A stretch of DNA of 64,000 nucleotides, taken from contig CATOCA020000008.1 in assembly GCA_951406725.2 (NCBI GenBank), positions 62,001-126,000 on the forward strand. The letters are read 5' to 3'. The notes under the pieces are model-generated. The model had not been told where the DNA came from and ran no database searches. It saw only the letters and a list, made by a program, of their open reading frames with translations. Of the stretch, positions 42,801 to 54,131 are shown one piece after another. The first letter of the stretch is position 1, and the number at the start of each line of letters is the position of its first letter. The position numbers and the translations under genes were made by a program. The stretch comes from Octopus vulgaris. Taxonomy: Eukaryota.

Positions 42801-42995
42801 TCTGGTGACATTATCAAGTAATTCCGACCGCACGGAAAGAACTCTCTGACTTGTAATACCATAACTTCTCTCATTAATTTTCTATGTCTTTGACTTCAGT
42901 GTAAGTTTGTTCTGTTAATACATAAATATCTCTGTATTTATATTTGGATATTCATCGTCTAAATTTTTCCGTCTTTGTTTTTCTATTTACATGTA

Positions 42996-43271
42996 CAGTG
43001 GCGGACTGGCCTGGTTGCCAGCTTGCCCGATGGCCATTAGAATCCATATATGGGGACTCATGTTAGTATCTAAGGGACCCATCCCCTCAAGTTTGAGAAT
43101 TTTTTTATTCACTCCTGGAAGAATGCATTAATTATTTCAGCCTGGCTGTGTTTGTAGACTGTTGAAAAGATTACCTTTAAAAAAAATTGAATGATAGCAT
43201 TGTAATTGCAGTTGCGGCTGGGCCCCCTTAGTCTCCTGGCAATCAATATTTTGAGACCCAACCCGCCAATG
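42996..43271. mobile_element. hAT-like MITE
   Basis: TIRs CAGTGGCGG / CCGCCAATG with an 8-bp TSD TACATGTA / TACATGTG. Confidence 0.65.
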
Positions 43272-43436
43272 TACATGTGTATATGTTTTGTATACCTAAC
43301 TCAAGCGGTTTTATTTGTTTATTTGCATAATCTCTATGTGTATGTATGTATGTGTGTATGTATGTATGTGTGTGTGTATGTATGTATGTATGTATGTATG
43401 TATGTATGTATGTATGTATGTATGTATGTATGTATG

Positions 43437-43491
<55 letters not shown>

Positions 43492-43998
43492 CAATAGATA
43501 AATATGAGTGTGGATGATTGTGTATAAAATACATTAATCAATGAAATTTCAAATTTCACGTTTCACGTTTTATTATTTGCAATTTTTACAATTTTACAAT
43601 TTTAAAGTATTGAAATAAACTAGTACTTTCATGCATTACACGATCTTCAGATTAATATAGTGACAGTTGTGTTTCACAATTCACAACTGTATATATTGAG
43701 AAAAAGAAGGCAGTCAGTATTTTGGATAATTCTTTATTGGCCCTCTCATTCGTTTTTGAACTCGCCAAGACAAAATCAAAATCAAAATGGTAAAAACAGA
43801 ACGTTTTGTTGTTCCTTTATATGAATCGGATGTTTTTTGTTTTGTTTAGAAGGGGAGAATATTATTTTTGATTTTTTTTGTGGGGGGAGGAGTGAGAGAA
43901 AGAAAAGCGAAGCGGAGGGGGTCGGATAGATAGATAGGGAGACAGGTTTCAGGACAATCAAGAAAGTGGAGAAAAAATAATAATAAAGACTGGGGAAA

Positions 43999-44056
<58 letters not shown>

Positions 44057-44403
44057 AGATACATACATACATACATACATACATACATACATACATACAT
44101 ACATACATACATACATACATAGGTAGATAGATAGAGAGAGAGAGGGGGAGTCTTCTTTTCAATTCCGTGTGGTCAATTCATTGAAATTTCATCTCTGTTT
44201 TTCTTTCTCCTTTCTTCTTTTTCTTTTTCCATTGTATACTTATCAACATATTTGAAACTAAGCACATTTCCTCACAAGGGTTGGTTACCTTTCAAAGAAA
44301 GTAGGATGAAAGAAATGATAAAAATGAGGTTGCAGTTATCACAGAAAAACAAAAAGGAGTTCAAAGCCCTATGAGAATGTATATTCTTCTACAATGTACC
44401 TTG

Positions 44404-44453
<50 letters not shown>

Positions 44454-44491
44454 CACACATACATACACACATATATACATACATATATATC

Positions 44492-44529
<38 letters not shown>

Positions 44530-46241
44530 AAAAGCAATAAAGATTCAAGTTAATTTAAATGAATTTACTTGAATATGGTACCTAACTTAGATGCACCAAA
44601 AAAACTATACTGATTTAACAATACAGTAATGTGGGGTGATTATAAGCGAGAATGAAGCAACAAGAATGGATAGGTTTTTAGTACAATCGTTTCATACAAG
44701 GACAGGTTTTATTAAAAGTTGCAAAAATTACAGCATATAAACGTGTCCCGTACTCATCAGCTAAAATACATGTGAGTTCTCTAGACATCCTAGTGGTTGA
44801 GGCTATACTCATGAAGTAATGTAGATAATTAAGTAACATAAACAGATTTCAAAAGTTCATTAAAGTTCTTTAAAGATGATGTACAGTCTTATCACAGAAT
44901 TTTAAAAAAGTCTTAATAGCATCACAGAGAAGGTGACCTAATCCATAGTGCACATATGAATTTCCAGAGATATGATGAGGGATTACATACTCACAGAAGA
45001 CAAATTTATCCATTGTTAATTACAACGAGGTGGGTTTCAATTCCTGCTTATTAGCATTACAGAGAGGGTGAATTAATCCTTTGTATAGATGCACAATTTC
45101 CAATGGTGTAGATGTAAATTTCCAAGGAATTTCATATTCACAGGCGATAAATTTATCAATGGTTGAACACAATGAGGTAGGTATCAATTCTTGCTATATG
45201 ATTAGGTATTTGCCACATTAATCACATTACTGCTATTTACAAGAGGCTGTAGCTATTTAACTTTTAAAGGCTGAAGGGCTTACTAGAGCTGTATAGAATA
45301 GAAAAGGGAAGGGCATAGAAGAAAAGAGAGAAAATAAAGGAGGAGGGAGCAAAAGGGGGAGGGGGACTCAAAGAGAAGAAAAAAGGAAAAAGAGAATAAG
45401 AAGAAGAAAAAGAAAAAAGAGAAAAGAGAAAGAAATAGGGAAGGAAGGGAAAAAAAGAAAAAAAGAAAAAAGAAGAAAGAAGAAAGAAAAAGAAAAAAAG
45501 AGGGTTCTAGTCATACAGAAGAATTAGTAGACGGCAAGTCTTGTTTTAATTTACAGGCATCTAGGAATTAGAGGAGAATATTATTCTTTGACCAGTTAAA
45601 ACAACTAATTTATTGCTGTTGAAATCAGCTATGAATTTAAAGAGAATCTAAAGAGATAACACAGTTAGGGGTTTAGGGGTCAGATGCTAAAATCACCAGA
45701 AAATACATTAGGAAAAACTAGGTATAATCTTATCACAAAGTCATTAAAATTTACTTATTTAATTTATTCATTTTATTGTCTTAAGGAGTTGCCGTTATTA
45801 TTCATACATTGACGGACTACAGGTCAAATCTTAGAAGATCATTTAAAAGGTGTTAGGGGATTGTCTATCATAATGAAGATAATCATATTATCACCGAGGG
45901 AATAGCCTAATTTATTTAATTTTGAAATAGAATTATGGGTCTATAGTAACTCATTTTAATTAATTAGAGTTATGCTAATTAAATTAGATTAAGTTAGGAA
46001 TTAAAATTAAAAATTACAATTAAGATTTAAAATTAAGAATTTAAAAATTGTGAGTTTGAAATTAAATAAAGCCTCAATTAAGCAGCGAATAAGTGCTATT
46101 CATTTCCCTGTTCTCAAAAAACTGATGCAGATATAAGGAAAAAGATAACTGTAGTGTGAGAACTCTTAGTTATCTACTTAAAGCAGTGCTATACCAGTAG
46201 AAATCAAGTTATATCTATCTATCTAGTTACGAATATTCTAA

Positions 46242-48496
46242 TCATTTAAAATATTTTAAAGTCTTCAATTTAGCGTGGACACAAACTTGACCTAGTTCGA
46301 TATGGTTATTCAATAGGTTTCTATGTTTTCTATGCTTTAGAATTTCATATGTCTCCATGGAGCATAGTTGGCAACCAACCCTACTATTTTTATACGGAAT
46401 TGCTCTCCTAACTATTTCCCAATTAAGGTTATAATTTTTATTATTATTTTTGAGTTCCCAGATTTTGTTTGAAAGTGTGGTGGTACCAGCTTTATGACGT
46501 AATTTAAAAGTCGAGATGTGATTTCTAACTCTGGCTAAAAAATTAATTGTACATCCAATGTAATAATATTTGTTATTCTCCGTGGATATGGTACATTTAT
46601 AGGTTACATTATTTTCCCCACATAGACCAGGTGCCGGGCATTTTGATTTTATTCTACACTTACACACAGGAGGAACACCTTCAGGCTTTGGATTATTCTT
46701 GGGTAGATGTTTTAGGTTCCTATTATTTTGATTATCATTTCTATAGTTGGTGCTGATATCTAAAGTATTGCTATTATTTCTTGATCCTTCTGTTTCATTA
46801 TTTAGATCTAAAGTCCTACCATGATTTCTTATATTATTGGTAATGTTAATATTATTGCTAGTCTTTTTATCCGACTGCATATTGTTGTTATAGATATCAC
46901 TAATATTTTCATTCTCCTTATTTTCACTATTTTCCCTATTTCTATTATTTCTATTATTAACATTATTACTTCTATTAATATCGGCATTGCTATTATTACT
47001 ATTAATGTTAATGTTATTAGTCATTCTGTGGTTACTAATTTCACCTATGTTTTGATAGTTACTATTGCTGTTTTTATTGTTGGTAGTATTATTACAATTG
47101 CTATTGGTATTCATGCTGATATTATTATTTTTATTTCTATCTTTCCTGGCTAGTTTAATGTTGTTATTATTAATCTTAGCTATTAAAGTAGACATATTTG
47201 GGAGGGTTGAATAAGAAATCCTAACTGTTTTCCTAGAAATAATTCTATGATATCTATGAGAGATAGGGAAATTTTTTTCCAGAATCACTTTGAATTTGTT
47301 CTGTATATCCGATTGTATCGCACAGTTGAAAGGAATATTCAGCCATAATATATCTTTTTTATTAAATTTAGGGTTCGTAGAATTATTACTATTCATCTCA
47401 CCGGAGTTATTGTATTTATTACCATTATTTTTATTTTTATTTGTGTGCATCTTAGGTTTATCTACTTCAATATTATCCGAGTTACCTATGTTCTGGTCAA
47501 TGTTTCTATTTGAATTGTTGGGCCTGTACGCTAGATTAGCGTTTACCGTTAGTTTAATTCTACTTTTATTTCGGGCTTGGTCTTTATTGCTGCTTACGTG
47601 ATTATTGATAACTTCATTATTAGGAATACGTGAGTTCCCCTTATCAACGAATGTAATCTTTTGGTTGTATCCAGCCTTAGTTAACGCCGCATTATAATGC
47701 TCAGAATGGGAGTAAAAATATCCTTATTGGATGATAATTTTGAAATTCTTAATGAAATATTTCTTACTAAAGATTCTATAATATTTGGGGGATGATTTGA
47801 TAATTTATTTACGTAATTCGTGATTTCACCTTCCTTTCTAAATGGGTAATGTAGCTTGGAGTTAAGGTCTAGCGTAATATCTAGGAAATTAACTATTTTA
47901 GTGCCCGGTTCATACGTTATACTGAGGTTGAAATCCCTAAAGAACTTATTAATTTTCTTTCTAATCCTTTCTATAACAGATTTATTATTACTAGGGATAA
48001 CAAACAGAGAATCATCCCTATATAGACCCCCCTGTAATTCTGGGATATCCTTGCTTATGCATTTTAATAGATATGCGCCTACTAGGTTGGTTACCTCAGC
48101 CGAATCACTGGAACCCATTGGTATATCAAAAAAATTAGGTGTATCTGCTCTAGTCCATAATTTATCTTCAAATTCTATAAATGTCTTCCTAGCTAGTAGC
48201 ACAATATTGATTTCTTCTTTAGATATGAGGGAGCGATTCATGGCAAATATTAGTGATTTGTTGAGTAAGATAGGGGAAATGCTAGAGTAATAACTATTAA
48301 TATCGAACTGAATAAAGGACAGACTACTAGTATTAGTTAGAGAGTTAAACCATTTTAGAACTTCATCGGTACTTAGCCATAGGTTTAAGGGGAGAGGAGG
48401 GGTTATTTGGGGTAGAACAGTATCCAAGATAGATTTACTAAGTCGGCCAATGTCCGACTTAGTTGGACAGATCAGCCTTACCGAAGGGTTTTCCAA
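46242..48496 (-). pseudogene. Penelope-like RT plus GIY-YIG polyprotein with one frameshift near 47710
   Basis: QFDINSYY, PMGSSDSAE, GLYRDD, NFLD, SNHPP; the shifted frame continues YNAALTKAGY; then CKCRIKSKCPAPGLC, VTYKC..YYIG, CQLC..E..LN..CVH. Confidence 0.88.
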
Positions 48497-48732
48497 GAAG
48501 GGTTTTCCATTTTTAATCCCTCATCATATCTCTGGAAATTCATATGTGCACTATGGATTAGGTCACCTTCTCTGTGATGCTATTAAGACTTTTTTAAAAT
48601 TCTGTGATAAGACTGTACATCATCTTTAAAGAACTTTAATGAACTTTTGAAATCTGTTTATGTTACTTAATTATCTACATTACTTCATGAGTATAGCCTC
48701 AACCACTAGGATGTCTAGAGAACTCACATGTA

Positions 48733-48823
48733 TTTTAGCTGATGAGTACGGGACACGTTTATATGCTGTAATTTTTGCAACTTTTAATAAAACCTGTCCT
48801 TGTATGAAACGATTGTACTAAAA
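48733..48823 (+). ncRNA. Type I minimal hammerhead ribozyme (element-sense copy at 44676-44766, minus strand)
   Basis: TTTTAG-CTGATGA-GTACGGGACA...TGTCCTTGTAT-GAAAC-GATT-GTA-CTAAAA. Confidence 0.78.
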
Positions 48824-49421
48824 ACCTATCCATTCTTGTTGCTTCATTCTCGCGTATATATATATATATATATATGAAGATAAACTTATATATATATCTA
48901 TTCGCGCACGCACACACACACATATGGAGAAAAGAAGTGTATGAAGTGTATTCCCACGCAATAGTGAAAATAGAAGAATTTGTTTATGCAAGTTGAGAAT
49001 GTACTTGAGAAATACAATGCGTGGTATTTTTCAATTTTGTAACAGATTTACTAAAATAATAAAACAGCTTCGACAATTTTTCGTTTTTCAATTGTCAATA
49101 AAAAATGTTTAAGTACAAAGGGAATATGCGGAAAAAAGCACGCTTAAAACATCATGTGTTCGTACAACTTCCTATATTTTATAAGTTTCACAGAGATAGA
49201 CAGTAATACAAGTTCAAATGTTCGATGAATTTCATAACAGTCATACATGACCGATAATTCAGTAACACGCACACACACACACACACATATGGATCAAAAC
49301 AGAGCCATACATGTAACTCTTGATAAATGTGTTGAGCGCCCTACTTTCATTTGTCCACTCACTCGTGTGTGTATGTGTGTGTGTGTGTATACATACATAC
49401 TACATACATACATACATATAT

Positions 49422-50556
49422 ATCTATATATATAAAACTCAACTTGTGTGTCTGTGTGTGTATCTGTGTGTGTGTCTGTGTATTTAACTTCCCGGCACAT
49501 CTCCTCCTAGCCAACAAATCGTAGAACCACCAAAAATGGGTCACTTAAAGTTTAGGCGACTGAAAATTGAACTGCGCTATTTCTGTTCCGAAATTCACCT
49601 CGCAAGTGCAAAAATCGATAATGTTGGTTCACCACGCATGCAAGCATGCGTAAATTGCATGAAAAATAAAAAATCTCTCTCTATATAAACGGCAGTTTGT
49701 CTGTGCGTGTTTCTGTGTGTCTGTTTGCTTGTACCCTCACCCTGACCACGGCTTTCAACCGATTCTGATGAAACTTGACACACACGTAGCCCAATGTCAT
49801 AATTCAAAACTAACGCAGCGAAAATTTTGAAAAGTTCCTCCAGTTCTGAAAAAAATCGATAAATTCGACATGGGGTCGAGAATCAGGAACACAAACCACA
49901 AACTGTGTAGGGGACGCAACTCCACCTTTTTTAACTATCAAAAAAAATTTACCATCATATTTTTCCATTTTTTTGCTGTTTTTTGGCTATAACTCTCTAA
50001 AAATGCTTTATAGTTATTTCCCTTACAAACCTGAGCAACGCCGGGCGATACTGCTAGTCAAGATATAAAAACGAATTGCCGTAAACATTGTAGAAATTCG
50101 GCAAAGAAATGAATTTTCGGGATGTAGCCTGGAGGGCTTTTTCGTATTAATCGTTTGGACTTTGTGAACACATACCAATTGTTTTCATAACATTTTTAAC
50201 GCTTTAAATTAATTGCGTTGAGTCTGCAGTTTGAATCACTTTAACCAAATTTTAGCAGGCCGAATTTTTGATCATCACGATATATCGCCAGCGACTCCCT
50301 GAAACTCTCACCTGAAATCCCCGTTGAGAAATACTGATCTAAAAGAATAATTCAACAATGCAATTATTTGATCAACAAAAATTTATGAAACGCTTCTACG
50401 TACTTCCTATTGAGGAAATGGAACACATAAGCGCAAAACTAGAGGGCATTAAATGCTTGATTTTAAAACCAAATTAATTGAATTTTGATTGAACTTCATC
50501 CAAGTTTAGCTTAATTCGTGCGTGCATAGAACGCACGAGCCGGGCATTACTGCTAG
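49422..50556 (+). mobile_element. Nested non-autonomous Helitron-like elements (inner ~49676-50057)
   Basis: Two TC(TA)TATAAA..GTCTGTG starts and two GCCGGGC..TACTGCTAG|T ends. Confidence 0.6.
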
Positions 50557-50581
50557 TATATATATATATATATATATATAT

Positions 50582-50860
50582 AAACAATTGCTTCGTGGAA
50601 GGTGTTTATAAGCCATTTAAAACACACACAAAAAACCTTTAGATTCACTTCAACATTTAAGTTTAATTTGTCAAAGTATTTTCGTCACTTTGAGACCGCG
50701 ACCTGTTCACTGACAGCATGGAATTTTGTCAGTGAACAGGTCGCGGTCTCAAAGCGACGAAAATATTTTGACAAATTAAACTTAAATATTGAGGTGAAAC
50801 TAACGGTTTTTGTGTGTTTTTGAATGGCTTATAAACACCTTCCACGCTGCAATTGCTTTT
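50582..50860. repeat. ~280-bp fold-back element with hammerhead-like fold
   Basis: Arms of ~130 bp around a spacer at 50716-50726. Confidence 0.85.
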
Positions 50861-51028
50861 GTTTCAGCTCACGATCTCAGATCAAGTCTCTTGCGATGCA
50901 AGTACATCTCATGTATATATATATATATATGTTTATACAGTTTGCGTAAGGTATTGGAGGATATACTATTTTTGGGTCATTGCTGCATTTTTTGCTAACT
51001 CTGTATAATCTTTGTTTCAGAAAATAAT

Positions 51029-51800
51029 AATGGCAGACCCTCAGCTTACCCGAGAAATGAAGAGGCATGCTGTTATTGTGGTTATAAAGGCTGAACATGA
51101 CGATTTAGAAATATCTTTATTTTTAAAAGTTGTCGGATCTTTTTAAAAGTTGTCTACAAAGTTTGTAAGGAACTAGAGACTGAAGATGGAAGCATATCAC
51201 CAATATCAAAGCGTTTTAAATGCTCTGAAATCATCAGAGCACCCGAATTTATCCAGCAAGTTCAACAGACCATTTGTTACAATCCCAGAAAGTCCATGAG
51301 GTCAATTGCAAAAGATCTTCATGTGTCAGAAGGAACAGTTAGAAATGTTGTCCACGAAGACATCAGGAAAGATCAATTTGTCAGAAAAAGCAAACGAAAA
51401 TCACTCATCACATCTAAAAGGTTCTTAACAAATTGAAAAATCCAGCAGAAGATTTGATTTGGTTTTTCTCAAACGAGAAAAACTTCGACCTGATCAAAAA
51501 AGTTAACAAAAGAAATGACAGACTTTTATGTGCAGACCCTTCTGAAGTTCCATGTGTTATGCATACAAAATTTCCTGCAACTGTCATGGTTTTAGGGGTT
51601 GTCAGTAATGAAGGACATATGATGCCTCCTTTCCACAAGGCCTTAAAGTTAACTTTGCCGACTACATTGAGGCCCTGGAAATAATTGTTAAGTTCTGGAT
51701 AATATGCGATTTCGCGTTGCACTGGTTCTGCGAGTTGCACTGGATAGAAAGTGTATGCAATGGAAGGCCATATCTGTTTCAGTAAGACTCTGCACTATCA
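51029..51800 (+). mobile_element. Tc1/mariner-superfamily transposase relic (possibly DD37D/maT-like)
   Basis: NPRKSMRSIAKDLHVSEGTVRNVVHED HTH, FSNEKNF, TKFPATVMVLGVVSNEG; frameshifted. Confidence 0.7.
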
Positions 51801-52475
51801 CACTCAAGCTAAAACTTGAGAACTACACAAGCTAAAACTTGAGAACTACACAACCAATTCCATTCAAATTTTACACATGCCTTACTTAGGGTCCATGTAG
51901 TTTCATGTTCAACTTCTTGCCTAGAGCGAGCTCATAGCAATATCATATCTTCTCCACTATTTCAGTATTACGTGTTAAAAGTGAAACAAAAACGTTTCTC
52001 TATTTTATGTCAGATACTTTCACTTTAACAATAAAAAAATAATAACAATTGAATTATATGTAGTAAGTAATAATTAAAATCAAACTAAAGTAGAATATAA
52101 TCGTAACAACAAAAGTAAAAATAGCAATTGGTATAAAATTGCATCAATGACTTGAACTTGAATAAGTGGTTGTACATGAATGGGAATAAATTAAAAATAT
52201 AATTAGCGTGCAGAAATGGAATAGTCCAGATGGATAATAAAAAATTAAATTAAAGAAAAGACTATTGTCTATAAAGTATACAATGTAGAGAAAAAGAAGA
52301 TTGAACGGCGGTGTTTTTTGCGCTCTGTAAAATTCGGTTGAAAAGGAAAAAAGAACAAAAAGTGAATTGTGGTTGTTGCGGAATTGGAACGTCGGTTGGT
52401 GCGGTTTCGCGTCGCACTGGTTCTGTGCGTCGCACGTTTTCTGTTCGGGAGGCCGTTTTTCGGTCTGAGGCGACT

Positions 52476-53796
52476 ATGAGCCGCCTCTACCAAACGGATG
52501 AGATGGAAGGGAGAAATTTCTCTGAAAATTCGTCGACATCTGAGGAGGAAAGCACCTACGCAGGTATAACGAAGAAGTCAACAGAAAAAGAGATAGACCT
52601 GGCTAAGTTGACGGACTTCCAGGAGTTCATGAAGGAGGAGGAGAACGGAGAGGTTGAGCTGTTGCCTCTAGCAGGGCGCGGAGACTGGTTCCATCGTAGA
52701 ACCATTAAATATAAAGTATTTATGAATGGAGGTAGAAAAATGGAAGTGATTAACATGGAAGCAATTGAAGAGGCTCTCAAACAGACAGGAGAAGAAATTG
52801 TGTACATGACAAAAGGATTACAATGTGGAACCATAACGGTACAATTTAAAAGTGAGAAAGCAGCCAGGAATGTAGCAGCCAAGGTGGTGAGTACAGAAAA
52901 GATTTACTTGTTCCCCTCGTATTTGAATAGAAGGACCACCAGAATTAGGGTGGTGGGAATACCTCCACACCTAGAGGGCGAATTAATAACGGCTGCGGTT
53001 ATCAAAGGAAATGAAGATAAAGTGGACATCCTCCACGCCATTATGAAATATGAGGGCTGGAGAGGCGTAACAGTGGAGCTGAACGTACAGGCAGAGACCG
53101 AGGTACTGGTGGACCTGACGGAAAGCATCAGACTGGGAGAAGTGATCATGAGAGTGTGGGTGGAGGGCAGGGCTCCACGTTGTTACAAGTGTGGCCTGAG
53201 GGGTCACATAAGAGCCTTCTGCCCTCCCCCCAGGGAAAGAAACGGATTCCGAACCAGAGAGAGAGAAGCAGAAACCAGAAGAGAAGGAAACAGAGGAAGA
53301 GAATACACAGAAATGGAAGGGAGCTGGAAGTAAGAGGAAGAGAAGAATTCATGGAAAAGAAAATAATATGGAACTCCAATCTACCCCAAACCACCCACAC
53401 CCTCTGAGTCCCACCCTATCCATGCAGACATTGAACCCACCCGCTCCCCCCAACAAGAAAACAAAAGAAAAAAAATTAACACATACACAAGAGATTGAAA
53501 TCGAACCCAGGCCGTACATTTGTACTATGACTGAACAGAAAGAAGTTAAAAGTCTAATGGAAGAGTATAAATGGTATGATGTTGGAGAGACTAGGTATGC
53601 TGTGATTGAAAAGAAGAACATAGGTGAGTTTATGGGGAGGTGTGAAAGGGAGAATTGGGAGGTGAAAGATATAAGAATGAGCGATGAATTCGTGGAAGAT
53701 ATGGATGAGTATTTCGGAGTAAGAATGGATATGGAATTTATTCGTATTGACAAAGAACATTCAAGTGACTATGAAAAACAAAGGACAGGTAAGTGA
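52476..53796 (+). pseudogene. Unit 1: chimeric ORF1-like CCHC protein, frameshifted
   Basis: ATG at 52476 (MSRLYQ); type-A N-half and type-B C-half; frameshifts at the C-run near 53230 and near 53390. Confidence 0.8.
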
Positions 53797-54131
53797 TGCT
53801 GACGGACGGGGCCGTTGGTATCACTTTCATTTATCATTTTTCGTTTAACAATTCATGTTCATAAAGTTTAATTATAATGTTCTATGTCCCCATGTTTTGT
53901 AATGTCCCCCTCTTCGTTGGCCCCTTGTGGGTAATAAAAAAAAAAATTCGAACAAGTTTTTTCCGGTCGTTTTTTTTTCGGCTCCTGAAATTCGGCTGAA
54001 AAAAGAACAAAAAGCGTTGTTGTTGTTGTGGAAATTCTGAACGGCGTTGACGCGGTTTCGCGTTTCGCTCGTTCAGCGCGTTACACTTTTTCTGTTTTGG
54101 CGGCCGTTTTCGGTCTGTCAGACAGAAGGAA

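Larger units (their letters stand above)
44530..48853 (-). mobile_element. Naiad-like Penelope element, 5'-truncated, with inverted terminal repeat
   Basis: RT plus GIY-YIG on the minus strand; ~1.7-kb 3' region; 48520-48853 is the reverse complement of ~44645-44980. Confidence 0.9.

Noticed and set aside
46242-46700. Selenocysteine recoding reported for some Naiad elements
   Set aside because: No in-frame TGA at cysteine positions in either GIY-YIG ORF here.
53786-53794. Perfect splice donor CAG|GTAAGT at the end of type-B ORFs, suggesting splicing to a downstream exon or ORF2
   Set aside because: The GT is lost in type-A units (CAGATAAGT, CAGACAAGT), AATAAA follows within ~150 bp and no acceptor exon is visible; RNA-seq would be needed to revive it.
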